A DNA stretch of 63,929 bases, the filler included, from Phoronis australis (lineage: Eukaryota; Animalia; Phoronida), in NCBI GenBank assembly GCA_002633005.1. It is 11 parts of 11 records of this genome, joined end to end, with 100 filler letters (N's around TTAATTAATTAA, not from the genome) between each part and the next. Parts side by side here need not be neighbours in the genome. Positions count along the whole stretch, not along the records: positions 22,387 to 33,322 come from NMRA01001725.1; positions 33,423 to 38,009 come from NMRA01002542.1; 9 more parts are not named here. One strand, 5' to 3'. The notes under the pieces were generated by a model. It saw nothing but the letters and a program-made list of their open reading frames with translations. It ran no database searches and had not been told where the DNA came from. Both the position numbers and the translations under genes were made by a program. Each line of letters opens with the position of its first letter. Within the stretch, counting starts at the first letter, position 1. This document shows, one piece after another, positions 22,843-36,195 of this stretch.

Positions 22843-22932
22843 CATTTAGCTTTACAAACGTTTGGTCATTTAGCTTTACAAACGTTTGGTCATTTAGCTT
22901 TAAAAACGTTTGGTCGTTTAGCTTTACAAAAC
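22843..22932. repeat. 24-bp minisatellite, ~3.5 copies
   Basis: CATTTAGCTTTACAAACGTTTGGT repeated. Confidence 0.9.
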
Positions 22933-25580
22933 GGGTGCAACCTGGTTCTGAACTACACTGTAAGATCAGTAATCCAGTTCTCATCTTTCTATTTGAAATC
23001 GATCCCGACATTATTTTTGACATTTCCGGTGTACTTTTGAGTGAACACACGATAAGAGTCTATTATTCTGTGCTCAAGTACATTTAAGCAATAAGTTTCT
23101 AGTCGGAAGTTTGCATTTGATGACCCCTATATTCAAGCTAAAAACTTGAGTAAAACCTCAAATTTCGAGTCCAGACTCCGACTTTTAGCCTAAATGATAG
23201 GATCAATAAGTTCAAACTAGGATTAAGAAGTAGAATTATAGAATATAAAAATAATTTCAAGTTCAATCTTGAGTAAAAAGGTTAGACCAAGGGCCAAGAA
23301 GTGAAGAGCTGAGAGACACAAAGACCATGTCCTGAACACATCCACTACCACAAGAAATTGTAGGAGTGGGGCATTTATCCACCTTCACTCTTATAAGGCT
23401 TCTATTGTGAGTCAGCATGCATGAATAATTGGCTGATAAGCCACCTATGGAACTACTTTTGGCTGAAAGGATGACCAGGTCATAAAATGATAATTAGCCA
23501 AGACCAGTTAACTAATGCAACAAAGAATAATGTCATAGCATCACCTAGCCGGCTTGGTGGAAAGCTGTATACTGTATTAGCTCTAATAAACCTTTAGAAA
23601 AATTCATTTCACAGGGAGGGGATGCTTATTGTAGCCTAAGGCAGTTGAAACCCGGTTTCCGAAACGGGTAAAATCGGAAGCTAGGATCCATCAAATTTAC
23701 GCTCTGTGACGTAGTTGTAGCCTATGACTGTCTTTCTACAAAATTGTGGTGCATTGCTATCAAACTCCGTTGTTAAATTATGATCATTTTTCAAAAAATT
23801 GTGCTGAAATCCCAGGGCGAAAACTTGCCGACTGATACGTCGCTGAATCGCGATTGTCAATAGGAAAACTTGAATTCTTGAATAAAAATATAGTTTCGAC
23901 TCAACAAATTACCTGAAATCTTCCTTATGTTTTACAATTTTTAAAGTTCATGTGGAGTCCAGATTAATTGCGAATAAGTCCAAATCTGCGCTACATCGTA
24001 CTCCACAACACGAGAAAAATCTCTGGATGAACACACATGTTGTTGTCACGTGACGTTTGTTTTGAAGTTCGTCTGCGTATGAAAGTGAGTGCATGTGCAG
24101 GTCATCGACGACAGACTTTCTTGTTACAAAAGGCACAGGATTATGCAAGAAAATGGCGTTTACTAGATTGTTTTTCACTTAAACGGCTGCAACGTGCAAG
24201 GTGAGTGCCGGTTTACTCACAGATTTTGTGAGCACAGGTCGACGGTCGTTAGCTCTACCGTGGAGTAAAACATTAATAGTCCAAGGCTCGATCTACATGT
24301 TGAGGACGAGGTGAACTACCCGGGCTGTGAAATTTCTGAGTCTAACGGAGACACTGACACAGTGGTCAGCCAGCTCGCTGTATCAAGACTATAGTCAAAA
24401 TCCAAAGTCGTTTTATCGTGTCCCTGTCAATAATAACGGCATGCTAAAGTTTCTTAATGTTCGTACTTCAGGAACATAACAATCACGTGTTTTGTACACA
24501 TACGCGCACGCTGCAGATCACATCTCGGAAATTGCCGATTTGACGGATGACGGTGAATAAGCACAATGAATTTAAACAATGTCGTTTTACAGCTTGTAAG
24601 ATTCATAATAAACGAATTTTGAATATTGCAATGCATGTGTTCCAAAATCTAAATAACTTGGGTCTTATGTTTTTGTATTCGTGCGCGCCGAATGCTGCGT
24701 TACAAAATCTCTTATCCTGGGCCGATTTGAAAAATTTAAAGTTGTACTCATATTTGTTTTCACTCCTCTTTTCAAATATTACAGTAAAAACTACGTAAAA
24801 CTCTCACCATAAAAAGTACAGTCTGCTAGCTAGATTGTAATCAGCTGATCATATCCGCATGAGCGAAGCCAATTATCCTCGCTCATGACTCAATAAATAG
24901 AGCAGCTTGGCGGCATCCCTTTGATCGTGAGCCGAGCGCGACTCGGCCAAGGTGGATAAATACGGTCTAGTTCAATCTGCCAAACCCCACCTTTTACCCT
25001 GATAGGCGGGGTTTGGGCCAATCTTATTTAGTGGGAATGTTTATAGCATGACTGTGAGCAGACTTTAGTCACTACAGATGCAAGTGAATGGCTGTAGTCA
25101 ACCAGAGTAGTCGAACCATTGACCTTTGAACCTAACTATGATCCAAATCTCCTGCGGACTAGGATGAATACCAAGATGGTGACCGTTGGGTAGTTAAAAA
25201 TAAACTGAACGATTTCTTTGATTAATTATTAGATGACTTGAGATCCAAAATAATAAAAATTGCAGCTAAATGTGATAAATAGATAACTCACTCGATTCAT
25301 AATCACACTCCAAGTTTTAGATCAACCAGGTGAAATTTACGTGCTTGCTTCAGTGAGCATGTGCTTTTTATATTCCAACTGACATTAGTTTACTATGTTT
25401 GAGTCAAGTTTAAACTAAGGTAACTGGCAAAAATCAAAATTTTTTTCCAACAGAAGACTGGTCAAAACATATTTATGTGACCGCTATCCATACACGCATT
25501 TCAATAGTTATCCGAATAATAGTAGGTTCACAAATTACACATATTCCACATGAGGACATTCAACTCTGTGTTCTACTTAC

Positions 25581-25727
25581 CTAAATCAACTGTGCTTAGA
25601 TTTCCGGCATTGAAAAAGAAATGTGAACGGAACAGGTCCCCAAATCCCCCCTTGCTGGGCCTGAATGGCAGAGGTGTGTAGAGATGTGCCCCAGCTAGCC
25701 AGTAGGCATTAGCACCAAGAGCATTAC
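25581..25727 (-). CDS. SAMM50: SAMM50 exon
   Basis: [43 protein letters not shown]; AG/GT boundaries. Confidence 0.93.
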
Positions 25728-26291
25728 CTGAGAATGACATGACATATTTTCAAGCTCTGACAAGACAAATCTGAGACTTGTGTAAAGTTGTTGTTTTTAG
25801 AAAATGGCAAGTGTCACATAACAGTGCTCCCAGATACTGAGAACCAGTTTGATGAACTTTATTCACTTGAGAAAACTGGTTCTCAAAAGCCAGGAATCCA
25901 GCAATTTGATAAGCCAGCCATTTACTGAAAAAGGATGATGGGGAAACGACTAGTCATCACTCCTCATTACACTATACACTGGTCATCACTACATTAGACT
26001 CTGATCATGGTGAATTACAATAGCACCATCAATGATGGTTGGTCTATTGTAAATACTGAGAATTCCAGGTCGTGTACTGTGAGTGCAAGGTACTAAGCAC
26101 TAAACTGTGAGGCATTTCAACACAAAATGTTGCTAACAAAAGTCTCAAGGATACAAGATTTGGCAACTGGTCAGGCGTGCAATTTGTGCAATACTCGTAA
26201 CTGGTCTCAACAAGTTGGTCACAATCGAATCACACTATGTACAGTGTGTGAACATGTCAAATCAAAGTAAATGTTTATAGTAAGCACTAAC

Positions 26292-26442
26292 CATCTCTGG
26301 ACGGACCGATTCCCTTTAAATTAAATCCACGTAAAGTTAGCGGACCACCCAGGAAAAATCTATCATTAATTCGTAAAGGCCTCTGGTCTTCCCTCTTGAA
26401 GAGAGGTCTCATACATCCACCAGCTAAAGACAGCTGCAGAAC
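26292..26442 (-). CDS. SAMM50: SAMM50 exon (Omp85 RGF motif)
   Basis: VLQLSLAGGCMRPL..INDRFFLGGPLTLRGFNLKGIGPSRD; AG/GT boundaries. Confidence 0.95.
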
Positions 26443-26705
26443 CTAGAAAATGAATATCATTAATTTCAAAAGTGCTCAGTGGCTTAAGAATAAAAGTACT
26501 CAATAAGTTGCGACCTTTTGTGACCTGTGGTACAATTGTTAATTACGGCCTGAAGATTAGAAATGGCCAGTTTGAAAATACATCCAGCTATGTAAATATG
26601 GTGACTGTCTCTCAGTCATCTATTAAATTTGGACTTACTCTATGAAGGACCAACACATATACTGGTAGTTTATTAAGCGAGTGTTCAACACATAGGCAGA
26701 ACTCT

Positions 26706-26888
26706 CATGTATTGGCCAAATAGACAGCACTGCCATGTATCGACCAAACAGACAGCACTTTCATGTATTGACCAAATAGACAGCACTGTCATGTATTGAC
26801 CGAACAGACAGCACTTTCATGTATTGACCAAATAGACAGCACTGTCATGTATTGACCAAAGAGACAGCACTGTCATGTATTGACCAAA
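26706..26888. repeat. 28-bp minisatellite, ~6.5 copies
   Basis: CATGTATTGACCAAATAGACAGCACTGT repeated. Confidence 0.92.
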
Positions 26889-26915
26889 TTGTGAATACAG
26901 AAGTCGTACACTTAC

Positions 26916-26999
26916 CGAGTCAAGAGGCAAAGGCTTGTTATATTGCAGTTCCAAGTCGGCCTTAACAAACTCTGTATCACCACCTAGACCAGCTAACTC
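26916..26999 (-). CDS. SAMM50: SAMM50 exon
   Basis: ELAGLGGDTEFVKADLELQYNKPLPLDS; 84 nt, phase 0-0. Confidence 0.9.
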
Positions 27000-27344
27000 C
27001 TACAAGGGAGACAACTGATACAACACTTCCACTCCAACATGGTTAAAAGCAGACGTTTTGCTTCTGTGGAACTGTCAATGCTGAGTTCTTAACGAAAGTG
27101 TTTTAGGGTTTAAAAACTTTACCAATCTTGCATTGTAGCTAAATGAGTCCAAATTTTCAAATTTGCATTTTTAGGGTATGGCCAAAGTCTGTGAACTAAA
27201 TAAAATTCTGAAGTGTTTTCTCGTGTCACAGGTTAGATGGTAAGAAATATTACGAGACCTATTTTATGAGCTTAAATGGCTTAAATCATTTTTCCTTTTC
27301 AGCAGCTAAACACAGGAGATACTGTTTTAATCAACTGGTGTCGG

Positions 27345-27456
27345 AAATAACATTCATCTCATAATACATTTCAAAATAACATTCATCTCGTAATACATTC
27401 CAAAATAACATTCATCTCATAATACATTGATTTCCAAAAAAACATTCATCTCGTAA
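27345..27456. repeat. ~29-bp minisatellite, ~4 copies
   Basis: AAATAACATTCATCTC(A/G)TAATACATT(T/C)CA repeated. Confidence 0.88.
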
Positions 27457-28020
27457 ATTAAAAAAAACTCTGCCAAAACACATTGACACTCAATGTCTCT
27501 TTTTGGCCATTATCCTGAATTAAGTAACTTGTGCAGAAAAGCTACTATTACTCCATGCAATGCATTTTGAGTTCAATCAGTTTCTTGGCCGCTATGTTAA
27601 CAAACATTGCCTACTTTACATTCTGACTCAGCACTTTCCCCAATATTCATTACTATGACAACTTAAGGATTGATACTTGCCACTTATCGCTTAGAAACAA
27701 CCAGAAAGTTACTGGGCAAATGAAAAAAAATGTTCTAGGAAAATGGACGAACTTTCTAGGAAAGTGGATAAACTATCTAGAAAAATGAATAAACTGAACT
27801 TTGCCCAGGTAACATAAAAATTTAAACATAAAAAATTACAGAAAATCCTCATAACCTGTTGTTATTCAACCTGGGCCAAAGAATGATCTAGCAAGTTTTT
27901 AAATTTGTTCACAATTTTTTTTTTATGAGTTGGGAAGTTTTCAACAATGGCACTAATTAAAAATAGTACTTAAAATGAAATTGAAACTGCTTTAAAATCC
28001 ATCAATCACAAATATTTTAC

Positions 28021-28221
28021 CTGAGAAAACTTCAATAGCGTTCCCGTGTTAGGTATGATAGGATCGTCCCTTTGATCGCGGACGAGTGTGTGTTTGACAG
28101 CAGACTTGAGAGAGTTGCCCATGTTCTCACGTACCGGAAAGGAAGTGGCACCTGAGAGGCAGGCGAGTTCCCGCCACACTCCTTCCCATCGTAGTGAGTG
28201 AGAGCCGAGGGCTGAGAGGAA
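28021..28221 (-). CDS. SAMM50: SAMM50 exon
   Basis: FLSALGSHSLRWEGVWRELACLS..GNSLKSAVKHTLVRDQRDDPIIPNTGTLLKFSQ; 201 nt. Confidence 0.95.
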
Positions 28222-28879
28222 CTGAAAGAGATAGATAGCAAATGAACTAGAAAGGGACAAGATATCTAACAGGAACTAACAAAATACCGTTGTTTTTTGT
28301 AAAATGAATGCTCAGTTAGGCTGTCCTTGAAATACTTTCCTGTCACTGTACCCTAACTCCTACGAATAAGACTCCATGATTGGTAGACATAACATTTTCT
28401 CCACTGTGATAATTTGAGCATTGGATGTTATCTATTACGGTAGATGATGCACAAGACCTAAGATGTTCTGTATAACAAGGGTCTGCATCATGTCACTTAA
28501 AAGTTGGTCTTACGTTCCGGCTTCACAATTGCTCAACTTAGAGTTTACCAAAGTAAGTAGTTTTGAGTGCAGCACCGCCTGATGTAGTTTTAAAAATTAT
28601 CTCGTAGTCATGTGTTTATTCTCAGAAACTTCATTTTTGCTCATGTGAGATCTAGTTATTTCTTAAAAACAGTTGTGTGGAACCCAAGATTAAATTTTTG
28701 AATCGGTAAGTAAACTTTTCATGACACAGAATCCAGAACTGTACAGTTATCTTGAAAAAGCCTTTTCATTTCAAAATACTTCAAGTCGCCACTGTAAAAA
28801 TACATGAAACAATTCTGACAACTGTGAAGCAAAGTCATCAAACTGACTTCAGTTGCTTCAATGCCAAAGTTTCTCATAC

Positions 28880-28967
28880 CTGTATATCGGCGCCAATACC
28901 ACGATCACTCCCTCTGTATCCACTCCAAGGATATTCTGCATGGTTTTCAAAGATCCCGGCTGTAAAT
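28880..28967 (-). CDS. SAMM50: SAMM50 exon
   Basis: FTAGIFENHAEYPWSGYRGSDRGIGADIQ; phases match neighbouring exons. Confidence 0.88.
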
Positions 28968-29050
28968 CTGTTAATAAAAGTTTGATAACATTTTTACCAC
29001 GGACCTAACGATTAAAAATGTGAATGGTAAAAAGTAGGAGCAGAAATAGG

Positions 29051-29173
29051 AAGATTTCCCGAGGACAAATTGAACGCAAGATTTTCCCCTGAGGACAAAT
29101 TGAACACAAGATTTTCCCGAGGACAAATTGAACACAAGATTTTCCCGAGGACAAATTGAACACAAGATTTTCA
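29051..29173. repeat. ~28-bp minisatellite, ~4 copies
   Basis: AAGATTTTCCCGAGGACAAATTGAACAC repeated. Confidence 0.9.
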
Positions 29174-30624
29174 GTGCAAATAACACATAGTGTGACTTTT
29201 CATCACATGAATTTAGAATATTAGCACTAAATGAATACTAACTCATTCAGAAGTATTGGGTATCAGTGCTTGGTTGCATGAAACAGTCCCAAATAGGGTC
29301 TCAACTAAGTTCCCAAAATCTACGCAGTATTGGTGGACTTGTGAAAACACTAGTTGAAATTGCCTGCAAGTTTTGCATCACCAGAGATGGTGACCTGCAA
29401 GTACACTGTCGCTATACAGTGTGTGTAGTTCGAAGATTCACCAACAGGACAGACATCCAACAAGTGGAGAGTCCTAGCTTGGATAGCAGATAAGACATTT
29501 GATTATTTTGGTTGATTGATTAAAGTAATCTTTAAAGAGGGCGCTAGCGTAGTTACTCTTTGTAGTTGATTACTTAATTAACAATAGGTTTCACTTGTCT
29601 AATTAGGGGTTATCATATAATAAATTAATTACTGGATTTGATTATTCACTCTCCATCTAGACACAATCTCAAAGCATAGCTACCTTTTAAACAAACCCAC
29701 CGTCAATCATCTGACAGTACTACGTCAATTTGAGTCTTAGTACTAATTAAAGTCAATTTTTGTTTATAATACAAATCGAGAGTGAATTTTACATTGAATT
29801 ATCAATATTATTGAAAATAAGTTGTGATCTTCTCATGCAACACCCCTAAGTTAAGGACTAAGTACCTAATTATTTTGATGGAATAAAGAGCTCAGTTTTT
29901 AGCTATATTAATTACAAACTGTCATTTAATTAAAGAAGGGATCATAATAAAGATAAAAAAGGTAAAAAAATAACATCTGTAAGTAAAGAAAGACACAAAT
30001 ACACAAAAGATTTAAGGAACTTAGTAGAGTTCCTATTTGGGACTGTTTCATGCAATCGGCCACAAAATCCAGCCAGGTTCAACTGCTTTCAGCTGGGTTT
30101 CATACACTAGACAGCAAACTACATTTCTGTAATTTTTCACCAATTCTGCACAAAAATAAAATGCTTAACAAAATGTAAATCTGAAGCTGATGTATACAAC
30201 ACTCTTTAGACTTAGTATCAGTGAAAATGCCTCAAATGTGAATTAAGAATTAGAGAAGGGTAAGACATATTATTTCACTGATGGAATAATTTTGGAAAAT
30301 TAATGAGAAGAATATGCAAAATACAAGACAGACATTGCTGTGAATACTCCATCACAGTTCATAGACAACAGATTCACAACTCCGATATTTTCTTATGGAA
30401 TTTTCAGAGCAAGTGCCACTTTCCAGTTAGTGAGCAGACAAATTTTTTTGTCGGAAGCAAAACCGTGACTCACAGCAGGCGCTACTCATGAATACTGACG
30501 ACACAGTCAACAGTGTTGGTCTCAGCTTGCGCGCAAGATTACAGATTTTGCACAGCGTGAATGTACAGAGTTGGCAGTCCATGCACTATAGTCTACGATT
30601 CAATAACAGAATTATGTCACTCAC

Positions 30625-30758
30625 AAGGTGTTAGGGTCGCCTCTAATTGGCTTGACAAAGGATATTCCCGTGCCTCCACTGTTCTTGCTGCCGTAGGTGT
30701 ACTCTAGACTCAGTCTCTCTGCGCGGCCAAACACATTAGGACACTTCATACCTAACAT
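30625..30758 (-). CDS. SAMM50: SAMM50 exon (5'-most one found)
   Basis: MLGMKCPNVFGRAERLSLEYTYGSK..SFVKP, start of the beta-barrel (PNxxGRAE motif). Confidence 0.9.
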
Positions 30759-31233
30759 CTGCAACAACAAGACAGTGACCAATTAAAATAGAGTAACTAC
30801 AGGGGAGGTAATTATTTGGAAGTTTGGAGAAATTACACGGACATTATTTGAATATCTGGGATGGTTTCAGACGTGTAGCTTACTAGCGGTATTATTTGCA
30901 AACCTGATATCAGTAAAAATAGTGAATCCCAAGATGTGTGTGTGTTAATCCATATTATGTTATCCGTAGTAAGCAGGTTTCATTTTACCATGACTTCCGT
31001 GTGACACATTTTAACAATAAAAATGTAATAAGTTTGAATATGCGGGAGATTACTAGGTATTTATTAATTTTTAGTGGTATTTAGTCCCACTTGAAATTGA
31101 CATAGTATGCCTTTTTAGCCTAACTCCAACTGCCAGCAGAGTCAACTTGGACTTGTGAAATCAGTGAAGATTCATAAATTGTTGTAGAATGTGAATTTTT
31201 ATTACGGAGAACACTTACTGATTATATTAGGTT

Positions 31234-31374
31234 CACTTCCAGCCCCTATTAGCATCACTATCTGGTGAAGAACACTTCCAGCCCCTATTAGCATCATTAT
31301 CTGGTGAAGAACACTTCCAGCCCCTATTAGCATCACTATCTGGTGAAGAACACTTCCAGCCCCTATTAGCATCA
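31234..31374. repeat. 39-bp minisatellite, ~3.6 copies
   Basis: CACTTCCAGCCCCTATTAGCATCACTATCTGGTGAAGAA repeated. Confidence 0.92.
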
Positions 31375-33074
31375 NTATTCAGTAGTTAGTTGTATCATTC
31401 TGTTTGAAACATGCTTTGCAGTGGGAGCATTTGAAATAAGTCTGATCTTTATTTGCATAAATTATACAATTTATGGTGTAATCATCCGCAAATAGATTTT
31501 GTTAAACTCATTGACCACTAACACATCCATGCAAATATCAAAAAATACATTTAGTGCCATGGTAAGGAAGTTATGAGCAGGAATATAATTTTATAGTGGC
31601 AGCCTTAAGTTATGCAGATTTATTGAAATTGATTGACCACAGAAACATGGATGCATATCTGTGGTGCCTGATACCAGCATCTGTAAACTGAGTTGTGTAA
31701 CACTGGCAGAGAGTGTGCCATTAGTTTGGGGTATAGTGTCTCACTAACTATCTATTTTGAAAAGTCATGCTGACTGTAAGTCTATGGGCTATCATATATC
31801 AAGTGCAATGGTAGTAAATGTAGTGAGAGATAAGAGAATTCAATCCTCAAACCAGTAAATGTCGCCCATGGGATTCTAGATTATGTGTGGTACAGTCAGG
31901 CTCAATGGCCTTCAACATTTATTAGAGGTAGCACAAATTCTGCAGCAAAGTACTGCTGGTCAATAGATTGGCGATGGTTTGCATGCCCTCACTTCATTCT
32001 GCAGAAAAATAATTCCGGAAATTGTAGTTTTCCTATTTTCACTACTTGTCAGCTTGCTGCTAACACAAACTTTGTCCACATAATTTATGACATCTACTCA
32101 TGAACTTTCTTGGATGGATAAAGACTTACATTTCAAGACATTTTCAAAGAAAAGCATTAGATAATTAATTAAAAGTTTCAGATATTTATTTTTTGAGAAA
32201 CTAAACAAAGTAGAAATTGACTTGTGTATCATATTGTGTGTGAATATTGGCGATGCTGCTGTAAGCATGTCTGATCAGTCAGATAAAAATCACCATTGTT
32301 CGGATCATCCAGTGAAGGAGCAAATTTCTGAATGTGTGATTACAATAGCCTATTTAAGTCAATGGTCCACTTGGGCTGTCTGGTCATGTCTGAAATTCCT
32401 AATGATACTTCAGTTATGTGAATTATGACCTTGCCTTAAGATTCATGATTCCTTAACTGGCATTGCAAGTTGCAACGTCAGCTGGTATTCCGCAGTGTGC
32501 GGTATTCAATATACTCTCACATCTGTGCACAGATTCAGTTGAGTTTTGGCACAAAGTTTGACCAACATCATAGATGTTATGATATTGTGAGCCTGAGTAA
32601 CTTATCGCCACCCAAGCAAAAGTGATCAACCCAAAACTCAAAAGCACTATCTTTACAGAGGCAAGGGTCAAGAGCCAAACAAAGGGATATTTAACTATTT
32701 CTGTACCAGTTTATCAGACTTGCTGAGCAGAGCCTACTAGTTTATTGTCTTGGTATGGTGGGGGTGACGAAGCACTGGTATGATGAGGTGCAGGAATCGT
32801 GCTGTAAGGTAATTTAGCAGTAGTGAGCGCGGTATGATTGTGTTGCAGAAGAAAAGATTAAACTCAAGGCTTATCACAAACAAAAATGTGTGGTGATTTT
32901 CACAGCTTGGATTGCCATATTATGCCAGTATGCTAATTACGGTGATCACGTCTTCTTATCAAATGCACCAGTCCATCATAAATGTACGTGCTTTTTATTG
33001 TGATCACAGCAAGAACAGGAGAGTCACCAAATTGAAGAGAATCTAAAGAAACTGGATGAGTGGAAGCAAAAGGG

Positions 33075-33322
33075 TGACTCTATGTTGTACTCCATGATTC
33101 CTCAGACTATAGCTATACGGTTGAAGAATGGTGAGGATGCTGTTAAGACATGCCAGGTAAGTCATCGATGGAAGGTGAAGGATGACTCTATGTTGTACTC
33201 CATGATACCTCAGACTATAGCTATACGGTTGAAGAATGGTGAGCATGCTGTTAAGACATGCCAGGTAAGTCATCGATGGAAGGTGAAGGATGACTCTATG
33301 TTGTACTCCATGTACCTCAGAC
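33075..33322 (+). repeat. 108-bp tandem repeat containing an exon-like 51-nt unit
   Basis: Period 108; each unit is CTCAG|ACTATAGCT...TGCCAG|GTAAGT; runs into the gap. Confidence 0.9.
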
Positions 33323-33422
33323 NNNNNNNNNNNNNNNNNNNNNNNNNNNNNNNNNNNNNNNNNNNNTTAATTAATTAANNNNNNNNNNNNNNNNNNNNNN
33401 NNNNNNNNNNNNNNNNNNNNNN

Positions 33423-33471
33423 GCTCAACAAAGAATGTCGCGCTATGGAAAACGAGATCGCCAACTTGCAC
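33423..33471 (+). CDS. TEKT3: Tektin (TEKT3-like) exon, 5'-truncated by gap
   Basis: LNKECRAMENEIANLH then GTAGGT donor; phase 0 into the next exon. Confidence 0.7.
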
Positions 33472-34095
33472 GTAGGTGTAGATGTACCTTCTGCCGCCAC
33501 TCGGCGGTGAACTCCATTCCAACTCTTCCATCTCAAGTTCACACCTTTCTTGTCTTCTATTCATTTCGTTTAAATCACGCTTCTCGGGCACTATATAGTC
33601 TCACATTTTTGCTTAGTTTGCCGTAGACCTATCACTGAATAATCTTACGTATTGTTTTAGTTGAGATACATTTTAATTAGCTTTCCAAAGCCAATCATTC
33701 AGTTGGGATCGGAAGCAAGAGGGAATTCTGGGAAAGATGTCCATCGAAATGTAATTCCATGTATTCTGAAAGACTCAATAGGCCAGTGTGAGTGGGAGAC
33801 GTATCCTCATGAATATTGGACAACAGCATCGCAGCAACACTTGATACACGAAACCCTTTAGATCTTAAATTTTGAAATCCATTTTGAATGTTAGGGACAC
33901 TCCCCAGAGAAAAAACGTCCTCAAATTTGTATCAGGTCATTGTGGAAACTACGCCTAATGCATATGAAATAACATTTCCTACTAACTATACCACGTATTC
34001 AGGCGAAACTGGACATCGTATCGCTTAAACTCATACTCAATGCCCGTACAACAACTCTAGAAGGAACATTTATTGTCACACTGCCTATTTATTAG

Positions 34096-34233
34096 GAGCA
34101 CAAGCGTGTGTTGGAGAAGGCCTACCTGGATACCGCCCAACCGTTGGATATTGCTGAGAAGTGCTTGGAAAATCGTGAGATGAGACAGGGAATCGATCAG
34201 GTCCACGATGACGTCGAGAGGCAACTCATCAAG
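34096..34233 (+). CDS. TEKT3: Tektin (TEKT3-like) exon
   Basis: EHKRVLEKAYLDTAQPLDIAEKCLENREMRQGIDQVHDDVERQLIK (tektin CLxxRExRxGIDxVHDxVE motif). Confidence 0.9.
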
Positions 34234-35261
34234 GTAAGAGATCTGCAGTGTTACGCGTAGGCTTACAGCGGATAAAGCAACATATTTCACCGCGAAGTCA
34301 ATAGGGGGAGACCTGAGCACGTGCTTTGCGCACATAAATGCCAGCCGAGCCGAGTAGGTCTGTGGTCAAATATCTGGCTTCACGTTCTTCCAGCTTGGCG
34401 CATACGCAATTATTTCAGCCTCACATCACCCCCTGCGTCACATGAAGGCCTACAAGTGAAGTACCCGATCAAAACCCAGAGCCCATGGAGTAACCTCTGG
34501 ACGAGTGTAGTATTTGTAAAATTTTGTGAACATGAAGCACATACCTCTAATATACTACAAAGCACTTGCAGTGCTTCTAATTTGACTCCGTTTATGAGCC
34601 AGCTTTACTGCTACAATGAGACCCAACACATTTATATTTCACCAGACTTATCATAGATGTATATCCCCTTCGGAAGTTGTTTTCGCAAATTGGCCTGTTA
34701 ATCCAGATTGGTGAAGCTGTCATGAGATATATCACGTGGCCAATAGAGGGAGATTTGAGGGCGGGTACGCACAGCGCCGTCTGGCGCCAGAGAAAGCTGA
34801 TTGCGCGTCAAATTCTTGTACACTTTACTGTTCTTCAGCTATTTCAATCCCTCACTTAGCGCTATTAGAAGCTGAAATGAACTGGTACAAGCTGGAAACC
34901 AACAAAATTAATTTCTTTCTGTATGGATGTCAAGAACTTAACTCAAACGAAAATAAGGTTTTATTTGAAATAGTATCAGAATTTCTTTCTAACATTAAAT
35001 CTCTTTGTGTGAGTGGATAGAATTTTATACATCTGTATGAAAATGAATTATTTTCATTCGTTGTCATATATCATTGTATTCTTAACATCAGTTTTTTTAT
35101 TTATGTATTCGCATATAATCATTGTATATAGACTTCTTTGTATTTTTTACCCAGATCTAATGCCTCTTGGCGCTTTCTGGGTTATGTATATTCATTGTAT
35201 TCTGAAGATTTCGTAATAAACATTAAAAAAAAGCTGGAAACCAATTCTTTTTTATTCGCAG

Positions 35262-35332
35262 GAGGTCGCTGTCATTAAGAGATGTCAAGAACGCATGAAG
35301 AAAGTACTCCAGAAGGCTCATATCCAACTCAA
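35262..35332 (+). CDS. TEKT3: Tektin (TEKT3-like) exon
   Basis: EVAVIKRCQERMKKVLQKAHIQL; AG/GT boundaries, phase consistent. Confidence 0.85.
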
Positions 35333-36051
35333 GTATGTCTGCAATGCACAGCGTTGTTGTGCCTGATTTAAGAATTGCCGAAACATCCAGTTTGTTAATT
35401 TTCTGTTGTCTCGGAAACTCGTGTCAAAAAGTCACCTACCGTTGATCTTTTTAAAGATAGTAAAAGTGGCGCGTGCGCATTGCAGTTCTTGTATTTGTGC
35501 AGGGGCGGATCCGGGATTTTGAGTTGGGGGAGGGGGTGGGCAGGGCAGAGTATTTTGCGCGTCAGCGGACTGCCAAATGGAATCTGGGTGAAATTTAGGG
35601 GAGCGTGTGGATTCTGGTATGTGTGAAATCGACATCGACACTAATATCATTTTCTTTGGGTTGGCAAGGACAAAGCAATCTGCACAACGTTTAACCAGTG
35701 CTTTAACGAGTGAAAAGTTAAAAAGACATCTCTTGTTTCATTGAAATCAACTATTAAATACAGCACCTCGGGAATCAAAGTTGTAAGCCAAAGGCAATAG
35801 GATTTGACAGCATTGTGAAAATAATAATTCACTGTAATGAACATAATGTTCTATGGAATATGAAGCAGCCCGAAGTTCGCTATGACAACTTTAGAACAGA
35901 AACCCACCTCGTGAATACTGCTTGTTCTACCCGCCTAATAACGACTCTGTCTGACATTGCTTGGTCGTTTTCAAAAACGACAGGCTTAAAGGGTATTTTT
36001 CGAGTTAGAATGTAAACCGAACTTATATAATGTGGTTGTGCAAATTTGCAG

Positions 36052-36195
36052 ACTGGACCGTGCCGCCTTACATGAGATGTCTAAGGATCAGAAAGACAAG
36101 TTTCACGCGCAGAATCTCGACGACCGGATGTACCAGCTGAGGAACTCCTCCCAAGGAATTGGGTACCACCCAGGCATTGAGAATGTTGACAACAC
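36052..36195 (+). CDS. TEKT3: Tektin (TEKT3-like) exon
   Basis: LDRAALHEMSKDQKDKFHAQNLDDRMYQLRNSSQGIGYHPGIENVDN; tektin DxxDK..DD...LRN pattern. Paralogue assignment is less certain than the family. Confidence 0.87.

Noticed and set aside
32453-32671. 72-aa ORF with hydrophobic N-terminus and cysteines
   Set aside because: Non-ATG start, no clear splice sites or recognisable homology; cannot be supported.
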